Source of the DNA: a virus
Lineage: Duplodnaviria > Caudoviricetes
Length of the DNA: 47,194 nt
IMG/VR virus record: IMGVR_UViG_3300032212_000694
Span: 1-47,194 of that record
Strand: one strand, 5' to 3'
The position numbers were made by a program, and so were the translations under genes. Shown in pieces: positions 17,594 through 26,513 of this stretch (position 1 is the first letter of the stretch; every line of letters begins with the position of its first letter). Below the pieces are notes generated by a model. The model made no database searches, was not told the origin of the DNA, and was given only the letters and a program-made list of their open reading frames with translations.

Positions 17594-17688
17594 CTCTTTT
17601 TGTCTTCAATAGCCTCAAGTATCTTTTTAAGAAGTCTTTCAATATTTTCTGAACTTCCGATGAGTTTTTGAGCTTGATTATTATCCAT
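17590..17688 (-). CDS. Small counter-oriented protein (32 aa) with its own promoter
   Basis: MDNNQAQKLIGSSENIERLLKKILEAIEDKKS; AAGGG RBS; TGnTATAAT on the minus strand near 17729-17737. Confidence 0.45.
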   Translation of the reverse strand: MDNNQAQKLIGSSENIERLLKKILEAIEDKKS

Positions 17689-17784
17689 TACAATGTGCCC
17701 TTGTGTGTGATTTTGTTTTTGCAAATGAATTATAACACAAGGGCATATTGGAGTGTATATTCACTTAATTACTAAGGATATGAA

Positions 17785-17865
17785 ATGTTAGAAGAAATCA
17801 AGCGAGAGTTACGTGCTGTTGCTCGTAATCTTGATAATGTAATTTTACTGCTATCTAAAAAATAG
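17785..17865 (+). CDS. Small hypothetical peptide (26 aa)
   Basis: TAAGGA RBS; MLEEIKRELRAVARNLDNVILLLSKK. Confidence 0.4.
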   Translation: MLEEIKRELRAVARNLDNVILLLSKK

Positions 17866-18053
17866 TCTCATAAAAGCCCTTTTACAAGTGTTTTTATGAG
17901 GCTATGGGTATGTATGTTTTCGAAGGACCTACGCCCATAGCTTCACACAACATATTTGAAATAAATCCAAACATGAGCCTGTAATTATACCTAGTTCTTG
18001 CTGGCTCTCTTTTTTTGAGAGGGTTCATGTTTGGGTGAACTAGGGAGAACAAT

Positions 18054-18482
18054 ATGCGTGACAAATTTGGACTATACGGAAAAAATCCATCTACAGAGAT
18101 GCAAAAAGTGGCTCTTGAAGTGCAAGAAAAGTTTGATATTCAAGACAATGTTTTATGTGCGCTTTTAAGAATAAATGACTACTTTTGCTTAATAGCAACT
18201 ATGCGAGCACCTGTTCACCAGATTGAGTTGCAAGATGGTAAAAACATTAAGTCTGTACCTGAAAAAACTCAAAGATTTTTTAATGCTCATTACCCTCAAA
18301 AATGCTCTGATGCTTTAGAGATTTTTAGCCCATTTTCTGCATCAGAACATTTTGAAAGGCTTGCTACATATGTGCTTAGTCGTAGTTTTAAATTAAGTGA
18401 CTATGTCACTAATGGAGTGCCTGTAATTAAGGCAAAAGACAAAATTGCAGAAGTTGTATATGAATACGGGAAAAGTGCGTAA
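18054..18482 (+). CDS. Hypothetical phage protein
   Basis: 142-aa ORF, AGGGAG RBS, coupled to the next gene. Confidence 0.7.
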   Translation: MRDKFGLYGKNPSTEMQKVALEVQEKFDIQDNVLCALLRINDYFCLIATMRAPVHQIELQDGKNIKSVPEKTQRFFNAHYPQKCSDALEIFSPFSASEHFERLATYVLSRSFKLSDYVTNGVPVIKAKDKIAEVVYEYGKSA

Positions 18483-19384
18483 TGAAGAGCGTTGCAACTG
18501 AGATACTAGCTAGTGATCACCACTCTATTCCGTATCGTAAGGAACTAAATAGAGTTACTGGGAGCATTATTGCTTCTTTAGCACTGCAACAGTTTATTTA
18601 CTGGGGTTCTAAGAACAATTATGAGGAGTTTTATAAGTTCATTGAACCATGTGATAACAATCTTTATAATGAGGGCGATAGCTGGACTGAAGAACTTGGA
18701 ATTAGTAAGAAACAATTTGCAAATGCTTTTAAAATATTAAAGCAAAAAGGTGTTGTTTCTAAGAGAACAAATATGATGAGAGTTACTTACTATACCGTCC
18801 ATTATGATGCCTTAGATGAGTTACTTAAAGAGGCGTATATAAGTGACGAAAAGGAACTTATGGACGGGTCAAAAAGTAACTTAGATTATAGTAAAAACAG
18901 TAACAATACAGAGACTACTACAGAGACTACTACAGAAATACCACGCGCAAGCGCGAAGCAAAAAAATGAGTTTAGTTTTTCACTTAAGAGAACCACTCAA
19001 TATGAAAATCTTACAGAGCTGTACAAGCAAAAGCTTAAAGGTTATGCAGTTACTAAAGATGGAGCTTACCAGCTTGATAAATTTATAAATTTTCATAGGT
19101 CTAAGGGTACTACTTTCAAAAACTGGTCTATGGCTTATAACACTTGGCTTGGTAATGCAGCTAAGTATGATCTAAACTACAATTTAGATGCAACTAGAAA
19201 AGTTCGTAATGACCATCCTGAATTTGGTGAAGTGTTTGTTGAGTACGGAACGCAAAATATTTTTAATTCAAATTTTGATGAATGCGGAACTTTTACTCTT
19301 AAGCAAACTGAACCTGTAAATACAAATGTTCCTAGTGATAAGCCAAGGGATGTAATGGCTTTAGTTGGCAGGGGTAAAAAGTAA
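18482..19384 (+). CDS. Phage replication initiator (lambda O-analogue, N-terminal winged HTH)
   Basis: SWTEELGISKKQFANAFKILKQKG HTH; TETTTETTTE linker; FKNWSMAYNTW C-terminal motif; position after cII. Confidence 0.8.
   Translation: MKSVATEILASDHHSIPYRKELNRVTGSIIASLALQQFIYWGSKNNYEEFYKFIEPCDNNLYNEGDSWTEELGISKKQFANAFKILKQKGVVSKRTNMMRVTYYTVHYDALDELLKEAYISDEKELMDGSKSNLDYSKNSNNTETTTETTTEIPRASAKQKNEFSFSLKRTTQYENLTELYKQKLKGYAVTKDGAYQLDKFINFHRSKGTTFKNWSMAYNTWLGNAAKYDLNYNLDATRKVRNDHPEFGEVFVEYGTQNIFNSNFDECGTFTLKQTEPVNTNVPSDKPRDVMALVGRGKK
18907..18941 (+). repeat. 12-bp direct repeats inside the initiator gene (candidate ori iterons)
   Basis: tacagagactac x2 plus tacagaaatac, followed by cgcgc-aa-gcgcg. 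Confidence 0.5.
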
Positions 19385-19386
19385 TT

Positions 19387-19593
19387 ATGGCCAATATGCG
19401 AGAAGTATTTATCGAAATAGATTCTGATACTGAGGGCGATAGATATTGGGTTTATGTTTACGAAAAAGGTGGTCAGCTGTGGCTTACTGAGAATTCTAGA
19501 TTAAATCGTAGTTTGGGATTAAGAGCATTTATTAGAGATTACAGCGTAGCTTGTGATGTTGCTCAAAAAATATTAGATGGGGTTATTCGATGA
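19387..19593 (+). CDS. Hypothetical phage protein
   Basis: 68-aa ORF in operon orientation. Confidence 0.6.
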   Translation: MANMREVFIEIDSDTEGDRYWVYVYEKGGQLWLTENSRLNRSLGLRAFIRDYSVACDVAQKILDGVIR

Positions 19594-19630
19594 GTTACTC
19601 TATTAGACCAATTTTTAACAGGTTAGGCTG

Positions 19631-20719
19631 ATGGAAAATAGCAAACGTTATGGCTCTAAAGTTCAACTGTACCGCTTAAAGAATGGTGACATTAGCTATT
19701 ACGCTTGCTATAAAATTGCTGGTAGAAAATTACGCTCTAGGATTGGAAAAAAATCTGAGGGTATTACTGAGCGCAATGTAATTGACCGTAGGAATAAAAT
19801 ACTTAGTGAGGCAAAACATGGCATTGATTTAAGTCAAAAGGGTTATAGATATTTAACATTTGATGCGCTTGCAAATGCATATTTTGATAGTAGAGAAGCT
19901 CACAACAGCAGCAACACTGCATCAAGACAGATGTATAAGAACCATATACAGCCTAACTTCGGTGACCTAACAATTGCTAGGCTTGATGATAGCTTGGTTT
20001 ATGAGTTGCAAGAACTTAAAAGTGCCGATGGGTTTAGTAAGGGAACGATTGATATTATCGTTAAACTAATTAGGCGTATATCTAACTATGGCGTTAAAAG
20101 TAAGCTGATACCGTTTAAACCATTTAATAATATAAAACTTTTTCATAACTATAACTCTAGACAAAGATATTTAACTAATAAAGAGATTGAACATCTATAT
20201 GCTTTAGTTAGTGATGATAGTACTTTGAATCTGTTTGTTCGTCTTGCGCTTGGTACTGGTGCAAGGGTTAAGAGTATCTTGGCAATACGCAAGATGAATA
20301 TTAATTTTGAGACAAGAACAATTGTTTTACAAGACTTCAAGCGTGATAATAAATATACAAGTAAACTAAATGAAAATCTATTTAAACTCATTGTAAAACA
20401 TAGTAAAAAACTTAATAACCACCATCATATTGTTAGTGATAATGGAAAGCTTTTGAAGTACTCAAAAGTTTATAGAAAACTAACTCAAATATTTAATTAC
20501 TTCAACAACGGATTAGAAAAAAATGATAGAGCTAATCGTGTTGTAATTCATACACTTCGTCATACATTTGCAAGTCATTTAGCTATTGCTGATGTGTCTA
20601 TTCAGAAGATACAAAAACTAATGAATCATAAAGATATAAAACAGACTGAAAGGTATGCAAAATTAAGCTCTGAGAGTGGTATGGAATACGTTGAAAATCT
20701 ATACAGAAGTGTGTCTTGA
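19631..20719 (+). CDS. Second tyrosine recombinase/integrase
   Basis: TGARVKSIL, K, HTLRHTFASHL, LMNH and TERYA: complete catalytic set; N-terminal arm-binding-like domain. Confidence 0.92.
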   Translation: MENSKRYGSKVQLYRLKNGDISYYACYKIAGRKLRSRIGKKSEGITERNVIDRRNKILSEAKHGIDLSQKGYRYLTFDALANAYFDSREAHNSSNTASRQMYKNHIQPNFGDLTIARLDDSLVYELQELKSADGFSKGTIDIIVKLIRRISNYGVKSKLIPFKPFNNIKLFHNYNSRQRYLTNKEIEHLYALVSDDSTLNLFVRLALGTGARVKSILAIRKMNINFETRTIVLQDFKRDNKYTSKLNENLFKLIVKHSKKLNNHHHIVSDNGKLLKYSKVYRKLTQIFNYFNNGLEKNDRANRVVIHTLRHTFASHLAIADVSIQKIQKLMNHKDIKQTERYAKLSSESGMEYVENLYRSVS

Positions 20720-21064
20720 AAATGATTTTAGCTATGGGGGCAAATAGGTGGCAAAAAATGGTTATTAGCATCAAGCATGGAATAGCCATGAGAGCCGATA
20801 CAGTCGAAGCTAACTTAATATTTAATAATGTTAAATGCAATATTACTATAGGGAACATTACATAGTGAAACGTCTTAATAATATAATAAAAACTAATTTA
20901 ATTATTTTCGTAATAGCCCTAGTATTGGGAGCTAACGCTATGTCTGTACAGAAACTAAAAGGTACTTTGGGGACTTTTCACTCATATGGGGTAGAGCAAG
21001 CCCCAGCTTTTAACTCGTTGCCAGAATTTCAACTTTGGTTAACTCTAGGTGTAGGAGTTAACAC

Positions 21065-21646
21065 TTGAAAACGTTAATTACGTTAACTGAACTAGCAGAA
21101 AAATTAGGTAAGAAAAAACCACAAATTAGTCGTTGGAAAAAGAATGGAAAGCTCGTAATGGAGGGAACTAAAGTAAATTATGAAGCTACTGTAAAACTGT
21201 TAAACTTATCTCAAGACACTCGTGGTGGCACAAGAGAAAAAGGAAAAACTGTAGAAGTTAGTGTTAACAGTAGTGTTAAAAAATTCGCTCAAAAAGTTGA
21301 CGATTTAAGTTCAAAAGAAAACAGTGTTAACAAATTGCCTGAAAACAGCTCTTCAAATACTCCAAATTATTACGTTTCAAGAGCCAAAAAAGAAGCTGCC
21401 CTTGCTGGAAGAGAAACTTTAAAACTGAAGCAAGAAAAAGGTGAACTTGTATCAAAAGAAGATGAGTATAAAAAGGGTTTTGAACTTGGTATGAAACTCA
21501 AAGATAAATTCATGTCAATACCTGACAGAATATCTCCCATATTAGCTGCTGAAACAGAACAACATACAATCAACAAAATATTAAAAGATGAACTTCATGA
21601 AGTAATTATTGACTTCATAAAAAACGGTGGATTTTTAGATGAGTAG
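21065..21646 (+). CDS. terS: Terminase small subunit (Nu1-like)
   Basis: N-terminal HTH; SRAKKEAALA...LKQEKGELVS; overlaps the terL start. Confidence 0.85.
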   Translation: MKTLITLTELAEKLGKKKPQISRWKKNGKLVMEGTKVNYEATVKLLNLSQDTRGGTREKGKTVEVSVNSSVKKFAQKVDDLSSKENSVNKLPENSSSNTPNYYVSRAKKEAALAGRETLKLKQEKGELVSKEDEYKKGFELGMKLKDKFMSIPDRISPILAAETEQHTINKILKDELHEVIIDFIKNGGFLDE

Positions 21647-23501
21647 TAGTGCATTTGTCACTGGAGTTCTAGCTGGGCTTGAACCAACACCAAATATTAA
21701 TATATGGCAATGGGCAGACAAATATAGAATCATGCCAAAAGGAAGTGCTGAACCTGGTAATTGGCGAACGAAAAGAACTCCCTATCTAAAAGAGATTATG
21801 GTAGAGCTTAGTCCTCAAAGTCCTACTCAAAAAGTAAATGTCATAAAACCTACTCAAATGGGTTTTACAGAAATTGGAAATAATATGATTGGCTTCTACA
21901 TACATATTGAACCTCGTTTTGGTGGAATGTGGATGCCAACTGATAAGTTAGCTGAAAAACACTCCAAGAAAAAATTATGGAAAATGGTATCAGAAACACC
22001 AGTTTTAAAAGAGCGTGTTAGCGATAGACGAAAAGGTGGTGGCGGAAGTGACGAAAGCTCAACCATTACAGAATGGAGTTATCCTGGTGGAGGTTTATCT
22101 ATTGCAGGTTCAGGCTCAGGTTCTAGCTTTCGTTCAGATAGTTATGCATTTGCAATTAAGGATGATATGGATGGTTTTGTTGATGATGTTGACGGCGAGG
22201 GAAGTCCAGTTGCATTAATTGACAATAGAACAGATTCTTTTGCAAATAGAAAAATATATAGTAACTCAACACCAACAATTGCTGGAAACTCTCACGCTGA
22301 AACTGAATATGAAGATAGCGACCAACGAGAATATTATATGCCATGCCCTCATTGCACACCAAAAGAGCATGATCAACAAAATCAAGACAATATGCTGACT
22401 TTTAACATTAATTACTTTAGCTATGAGTACAATAAAGAAACATTTGCACTTGAAAGTGAAGTTATATTAATTTGCCCTCATTGCGAAGGTGAAATTAAAG
22501 AGTACCAAAAAACATGGATGATGGATTGGGATAGCGGTGCTAAATGGATTGCTCATAATCCAGGACATGTTAATCGTGGGTATAAGATAAATTCGTTTTA
22601 TAGCCCTCTAGGTTGGCTCACGTGGAAAGATATTATACTAGAGCGTCTAAAAGCTCAAGCTAAGATGAAAATTGGCGACATGCGCCCTATGAAGAAATGG
22701 AAAAATACTCGCCTTGCAGAAGCATGGGAAGAAAACTACTCAAAACTAGATATAGATTTCTTAAAAGAAAAACAAGAAGATTACGACAATGAAGTTCCAT
22801 ACGGTGTTTTAGTTCTAATTGCCTCAGTAGATATTCAAGATGATAGACTTGAAATATTAGTAGAGGGTTATGGTCATGATGAGGAATCATGGATTATAGA
22901 CAGAGAGATAATATTTGGTGACCCTGCATTGCCTCAAGTATGGGAAGATTTAGACCGCTTTTTACTAAACCAAACTTATGACCATGAAAACGGCAAAATG
23001 AAAATCTATGCAACTGGTGTAGATAGCGGTGGTAGTAAAACTAAATACGTGTACCAATATTGTAAACCAAGATACTCAAAAAGAATATACGCACTAAAAG
23101 GTGCAAGACCACTTGACGCTCCCATAATTTCAAAGCGAGATGCAAAAAAATCTAAATACAAAACAACATTCTTTATGGTCGGTGTAACTCAATTAAAAGA
23201 CGTTGTATGGGGAAGTTTAAACATTACAGTACCAGGACCAACATATATTCACTTTTCAACAGGCAAAAAATTTACAGACGATTTTTTTGAACAAATCATT
23301 TCAGAAAAAAAAGACAAAACGGGCAGATGGAATAAAATCAAACCTACAGTTAGAAATGAAGCATTCGACTTGCTTGTATATTCAAGAGCAACACTAGCAA
23401 TTACCGCATTAAATGTTAACAAGCTGCAAGAGCCAATATTCTTTAATCAAATGAAGTCAACTGTAAAAAAACGTAGAGTTATCAGAGGAGGCATTAGATG
23501 A
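21639..23501 (+). CDS. terL: Terminase large subunit, lambda GpA family
   Basis: RTPYLKEIM, KPTQMGFTE (Walker A), STPT, CPHC x2, VDIQDDR, DSGG, NEAFD. Confidence 0.95.
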   Translation: MSSSAFVTGVLAGLEPTPNINIWQWADKYRIMPKGSAEPGNWRTKRTPYLKEIMVELSPQSPTQKVNVIKPTQMGFTEIGNNMIGFYIHIEPRFGGMWMPTDKLAEKHSKKKLWKMVSETPVLKERVSDRRKGGGGSDESSTITEWSYPGGGLSIAGSGSGSSFRSDSYAFAIKDDMDGFVDDVDGEGSPVALIDNRTDSFANRKIYSNSTPTIAGNSHAETEYEDSDQREYYMPCPHCTPKEHDQQNQDNMLTFNINYFSYEYNKETFALESEVILICPHCEGEIKEYQKTWMMDWDSGAKWIAHNPGHVNRGYKINSFYSPLGWLTWKDIILERLKAQAKMKIGDMRPMKKWKNTRLAEAWEENYSKLDIDFLKEKQEDYDNEVPYGVLVLIASVDIQDDRLEILVEGYGHDEESWIIDREIIFGDPALPQVWEDLDRFLLNQTYDHENGKMKIYATGVDSGGSKTKYVYQYCKPRYSKRIYALKGARPLDAPIISKRDAKKSKYKTTFFMVGVTQLKDVVWGSLNITVPGPTYIHFSTGKKFTDDFFEQIISEKKDKTGRWNKIKPTVRNEAFDLLVYSRATLAITALNVNKLQEPIFFNQMKSTVKKRRVIRGGIR

Positions 23502-24187
23502 AAATAGATTTTAAAGTTAAGGGCATGAGCGAAGTTACTAAGATGCTAAATAAAGAGTCATGGGATAAAGCATTTACAGCAACTGCAAATGAAATGGCAA
23601 CAAAATCATTTGCTAAAGCACGAACTCAAGTTAAGAAAAAATTTAATATAAACATCAAAACTGAGGGTAAAAACAAATGGGCTTTTGCATCAAAGGACAC
23701 AGGTAAAGTAAATGTAAGAAATGGTCATTTTCATCTTTTTAAATCTACAAAAAACAAACCTTTTATCATCATAGAAGTTGGTGGAAAACCAGCAAACCTA
23801 TCCCTTTTTGCAAAAAATATGCTCTCATCACCACTTAGAACCAAAAAAAAGAAAAAAAGAGAAGATAAACGAGCGAAACAATCAAAAAGTTTAAGAAGAG
23901 TACGGGTAGAAGTTCATAAAAATAAAGTTACATCCCTTAAATCCGCATTTTTTGCATCTATGCCTACAAAAAACTCCAACATAAGACACATGGGTGTATT
24001 TCAAAGAAAAGGAAAAGAGCGCACTAGCACGGGCAAAATACGTCTCCTTGAAAAAAGAGTTATCTCAAATCAGTCTATGTTCAAACAAGTAGGTTTTGAA
24101 AAAATCTTACAAGATCATGTCAAAGATAATTTGCAAAAACGATTTATGCATAACTTTAACCGTAAAATGAAAGGTAAGTGGAAATGA
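23498..24187 (+). CDS. Basic protein, lambda gpZ-like neck/minor tail protein
   Basis: Very basic; SAFFASM...H.GVFQRKGKER pattern resembles gpZ. Confidence 0.55.
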   Translation: MKIDFKVKGMSEVTKMLNKESWDKAFTATANEMATKSFAKARTQVKKKFNINIKTEGKNKWAFASKDTGKVNVRNGHFHLFKSTKNKPFIIIEVGGKPANLSLFAKNMLSSPLRTKKKKKREDKRAKQSKSLRRVRVEVHKNKVTSLKSAFFASMPTKNSNIRHMGVFQRKGKERTSTGKIRLLEKRVISNQSMFKQVGFEKILQDHVKDNLQKRFMHNFNRKMKGKWK

Positions 24188-24366
24188 AAGAGTATAAAAC
24201 CCTAATAAAAGCAAGCATAGATGTAAACTTACACAATACTATTGAATTAATTAAATCAGATAAAGGTATAAAAGATACGGGTTCTGCATTAAAAAGTTTG
24301 CTAATGGAAAGCCCTACATTTGCAAAAAAGTATGATGAGCTGATGAAGATGTTTAGAGAGGCTTAA
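24184..24366 (+). CDS. Small hypothetical protein
   Basis: ATGA-type coupling to the previous stop. Confidence 0.55.
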   Translation: MKEYKTLIKASIDVNLHNTIELIKSDKGIKDTGSALKSLLMESPTFAKKYDELMKMFREA

Positions 24367-24379
24367 AACCCCTCCGTTT

Positions 24380-25087
24380 TTAAGTACTCTCCTCATAAGC
24401 TTCATGTATAAAACTTTGTATATTTTGAAATTTTACACGTAACTTATTGTATTTACCCTCTACTTCTTTAAGCTCAGCTGCTGCTTTTTGTCCGTCTGTT
24501 CCATGTTTTTGTATGTACTGAACAACCCTTATCCAGTAATCAGCTCTGTTTTCATACCAATGTCTGTCTTGCGTGGCAGTTTGTTTTAACTCTTTTTCTG
24601 TCTCTATCATCAAATCTTTAAATGCTTTGGTTTGCATTGGATTCTTATTTTCAATTTGTTTTGGTTTAGATTCTAACTGTCTTTGCTGATTTGCAATTGT
24701 TGCATTTTGCGCCATGATTATTTTTTCTAAATCTGGATTATGTTTTTGCTTACCTCTCCAATAAGAGTTTATAACTGCAAAAGTTTCATTTTGAAATGCT
24801 ATAATCTTATCTCTCAATTCTTTTTTGACTTTGTTAGGATTAATTGAATAGAGAAATGCTGGGAGATGGTCTGCGTTCAAACTAACCATCTCCTGCACTC
24901 CGCTTGCTGTTTCGTAAGGGATGGCGATAACACCATACCTACTATCTTTATTTAATTTTACACTTTGACTTTTCCAATTTAAACCCATTGCTTCAATTAA
25001 AGGTTTCATTGCTATAAAAACCATGCCTTGTTCATTTATCGCCGTAATTAACTCAGTGCCCACCACTGATACTAATTCTGTTTTCAT
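24380..25087 (-). CDS. Antirepressor (P22 Ant N-terminal domain)
   Basis: FIAMKPLIEAMGLNWKSQSVKL...FLYSINPNKVKKELRDKIIAFQNE matches the P22_AR_N pattern. Confidence 0.85.
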   Translation of the reverse strand: MKTELVSVVGTELITAINEQGMVFIAMKPLIEAMGLNWKSQSVKLNKDSRYGVIAIPYETASGVQEMVSLNADHLPAFLYSINPNKVKKELRDKIIAFQNETFAVINSYWRGKQKHNPDLEKIIMAQNATIANQQRQLESKPKQIENKNPMQTKAFKDLMIETEKELKQTATQDRHWYENRADYWIRVVQYIQKHGTDGQKAAAELKEVEGKYNKLRVKFQNIQSFIHEAYEEST

Positions 25088-25116
25088 TTTATACCCCTTA
25101 GTTTTGTTACAATGTA

Positions 25117-25175
25117 ATGCTATCAGGTTTTATAGAGTATTGTCAAGTATTATAAAGTATTGCAAATATTGATAA
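25117..25175. promoter_or_regulatory. Antirepressor promoter overlapped by 10-bp-period AGTATT repeats (candidate RHH operator)
   Basis: Minus strand TTGACA-18-TAGCAT; + strand agtattgtca agtattataa agtattgcaa. Confidence 0.55.
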
Positions 25176-25217
25176 TTTAGAATATAATTTCCATATTAAT
25201 ATTTATGAGGAGTTTTT

Positions 25218-25379
25218 ATGTCTAATGAAACAAAAATATTTTCATCTCACATAGATAAAGATTTAGTTAAAAAAATAGATGAATATAGCAAAAAAGAGGG
25301 GCGTACAAAACGATGGCTGATAGAAACTGCATTAAAAGACTTTTTTAATAAAGAAGAAGAAAAGAAACAAAAAATATAA
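25218..25379 (+). CDS. Ribbon-helix-helix (CopG/Arc-like) regulator, 53 aa
   Basis: MSNETKIFSSHIDKDLVKKIDEYSKKEGRTKRWLIETALKDFF...; GAGGAG RBS; divergent from the antirepressor. Confidence 0.75.
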   Translation: MSNETKIFSSHIDKDLVKKIDEYSKKEGRTKRWLIETALKDFFNKEEEKKQKI

Positions 25380-25463
25380 ATCTTACGTAAATAATTAAAA
25401 TATAATTTATTCTTAATACGATTCTCATTAAAATACTTCTTAATTACAAAATTAGGGGAACTA

Positions 25464-26513
25464 ATGGTTGATTTAGAAAAAGGTTTAATTGCACTTGCAG
25501 ACAGGATTGAATCGTTAAAAGAGAATGTTTTAACTGAAGAGGCAACTAAACATTCGTTTGTTATGCCATTTTTACAGCTTCTGGGCTACGATGTATTTGA
25601 CCCAAATGTAATTGTTCCTGAATTTATTGCAGATGCTGGGCGTAAAAAGCATGAAAAAGTTGATTATGCCATTATGCAAGACGGTGAGCCATTAATCCTA
25701 ATAGAAGTTAAAAAACATAGTGAAAATTTAGACAATCACGTTGACCAGCTATTTAGATACTTTTCGGTGATGAATAATAAATTCGCCATTTTAACAAATG
25801 GAATTGAATATAGATTTTTTACAGAAAGTGAAACAAATAGAATGGATCAATTGCCATTCTTACAGTTTAGTATTTCTGATGCTAAAAAAAGAGAAATTAA
25901 ATCATTAGAGCGTTTCGCAAAAGATGCGCTTGATATTGACAAGATTATGTCACTTGCTAACAAACGTAAATATGTAAATGGAATTAAAGAAATTTTTGAA
26001 GATGAAATAGAAAACCCATCAAATGAATTTGTAAAAATATTTGCTTCTAAATTAACAACTTCACGATTGACACAACCCATTATGGATGAGTTTAAGGAAA
26101 CTGTAAAATCTTCTTTTAAAGAAATCATTATGGATTTAGCAAATAAAAAAATAAATGCTATTAAAAGTGGTCTTGTTTCTGATAGCGATACAGAAGATAA
26201 GCAAGATGAAGAAGACAATGGAATAGAGACTACAGATGAAGAAATACAAGGCTTTTTTATAGTTAAATCAATATTAGCGCAAGATATTGAACTTGATAAG
26301 CTTGTTGCTAGAGACAATAAAAGCTATTTTGGTGTTCTATATGAAGATAATAACCGAAAATGGATATGTAGACTACACTTTAATACAAAACAAAAGTATA
26401 TAGGTATTCACGAAACTGAGAAAAAAGAAGAAAAATATACTATTGAAAAATTGGAAGACATTTATAAATATGCGGATAAGCTAAAGACTGTTGCGGTTAG
26501 ATATTCTAAATGA
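25464..26513 (+). CDS. Type I restriction HsdR N-terminal-like PD-(D/E)XK nuclease (stand-alone, prophage type)
   Basis: TEEATK...PFL.LLGYDVF.P, EKVDYAI...LIEVK, ILTNGIEYRFF, DNNRKWICRL. Confidence 0.85.
   Translation: MVDLEKGLIALADRIESLKENVLTEEATKHSFVMPFLQLLGYDVFDPNVIVPEFIADAGRKKHEKVDYAIMQDGEPLILIEVKKHSENLDNHVDQLFRYFSVMNNKFAILTNGIEYRFFTESETNRMDQLPFLQFSISDAKKREIKSLERFAKDALDIDKIMSLANKRKYVNGIKEIFEDEIENPSNEFVKIFASKLTTSRLTQPIMDEFKETVKSSFKEIIMDLANKKINAIKSGLVSDSDTEDKQDEEDNGIETTDEEIQGFFIVKSILAQDIELDKLVARDNKSYFGVLYEDNNRKWICRLHFNTKQKYIGIHETEKKEEKYTIEKLEDIYKYADKLKTVAVRYSK

Noticed and set aside
25464-26513. Complete type I R-M system
   Set aside because: Only the HsdR N-terminal nuclease-like domain is present; no helicase motifs, hsdM or hsdS.
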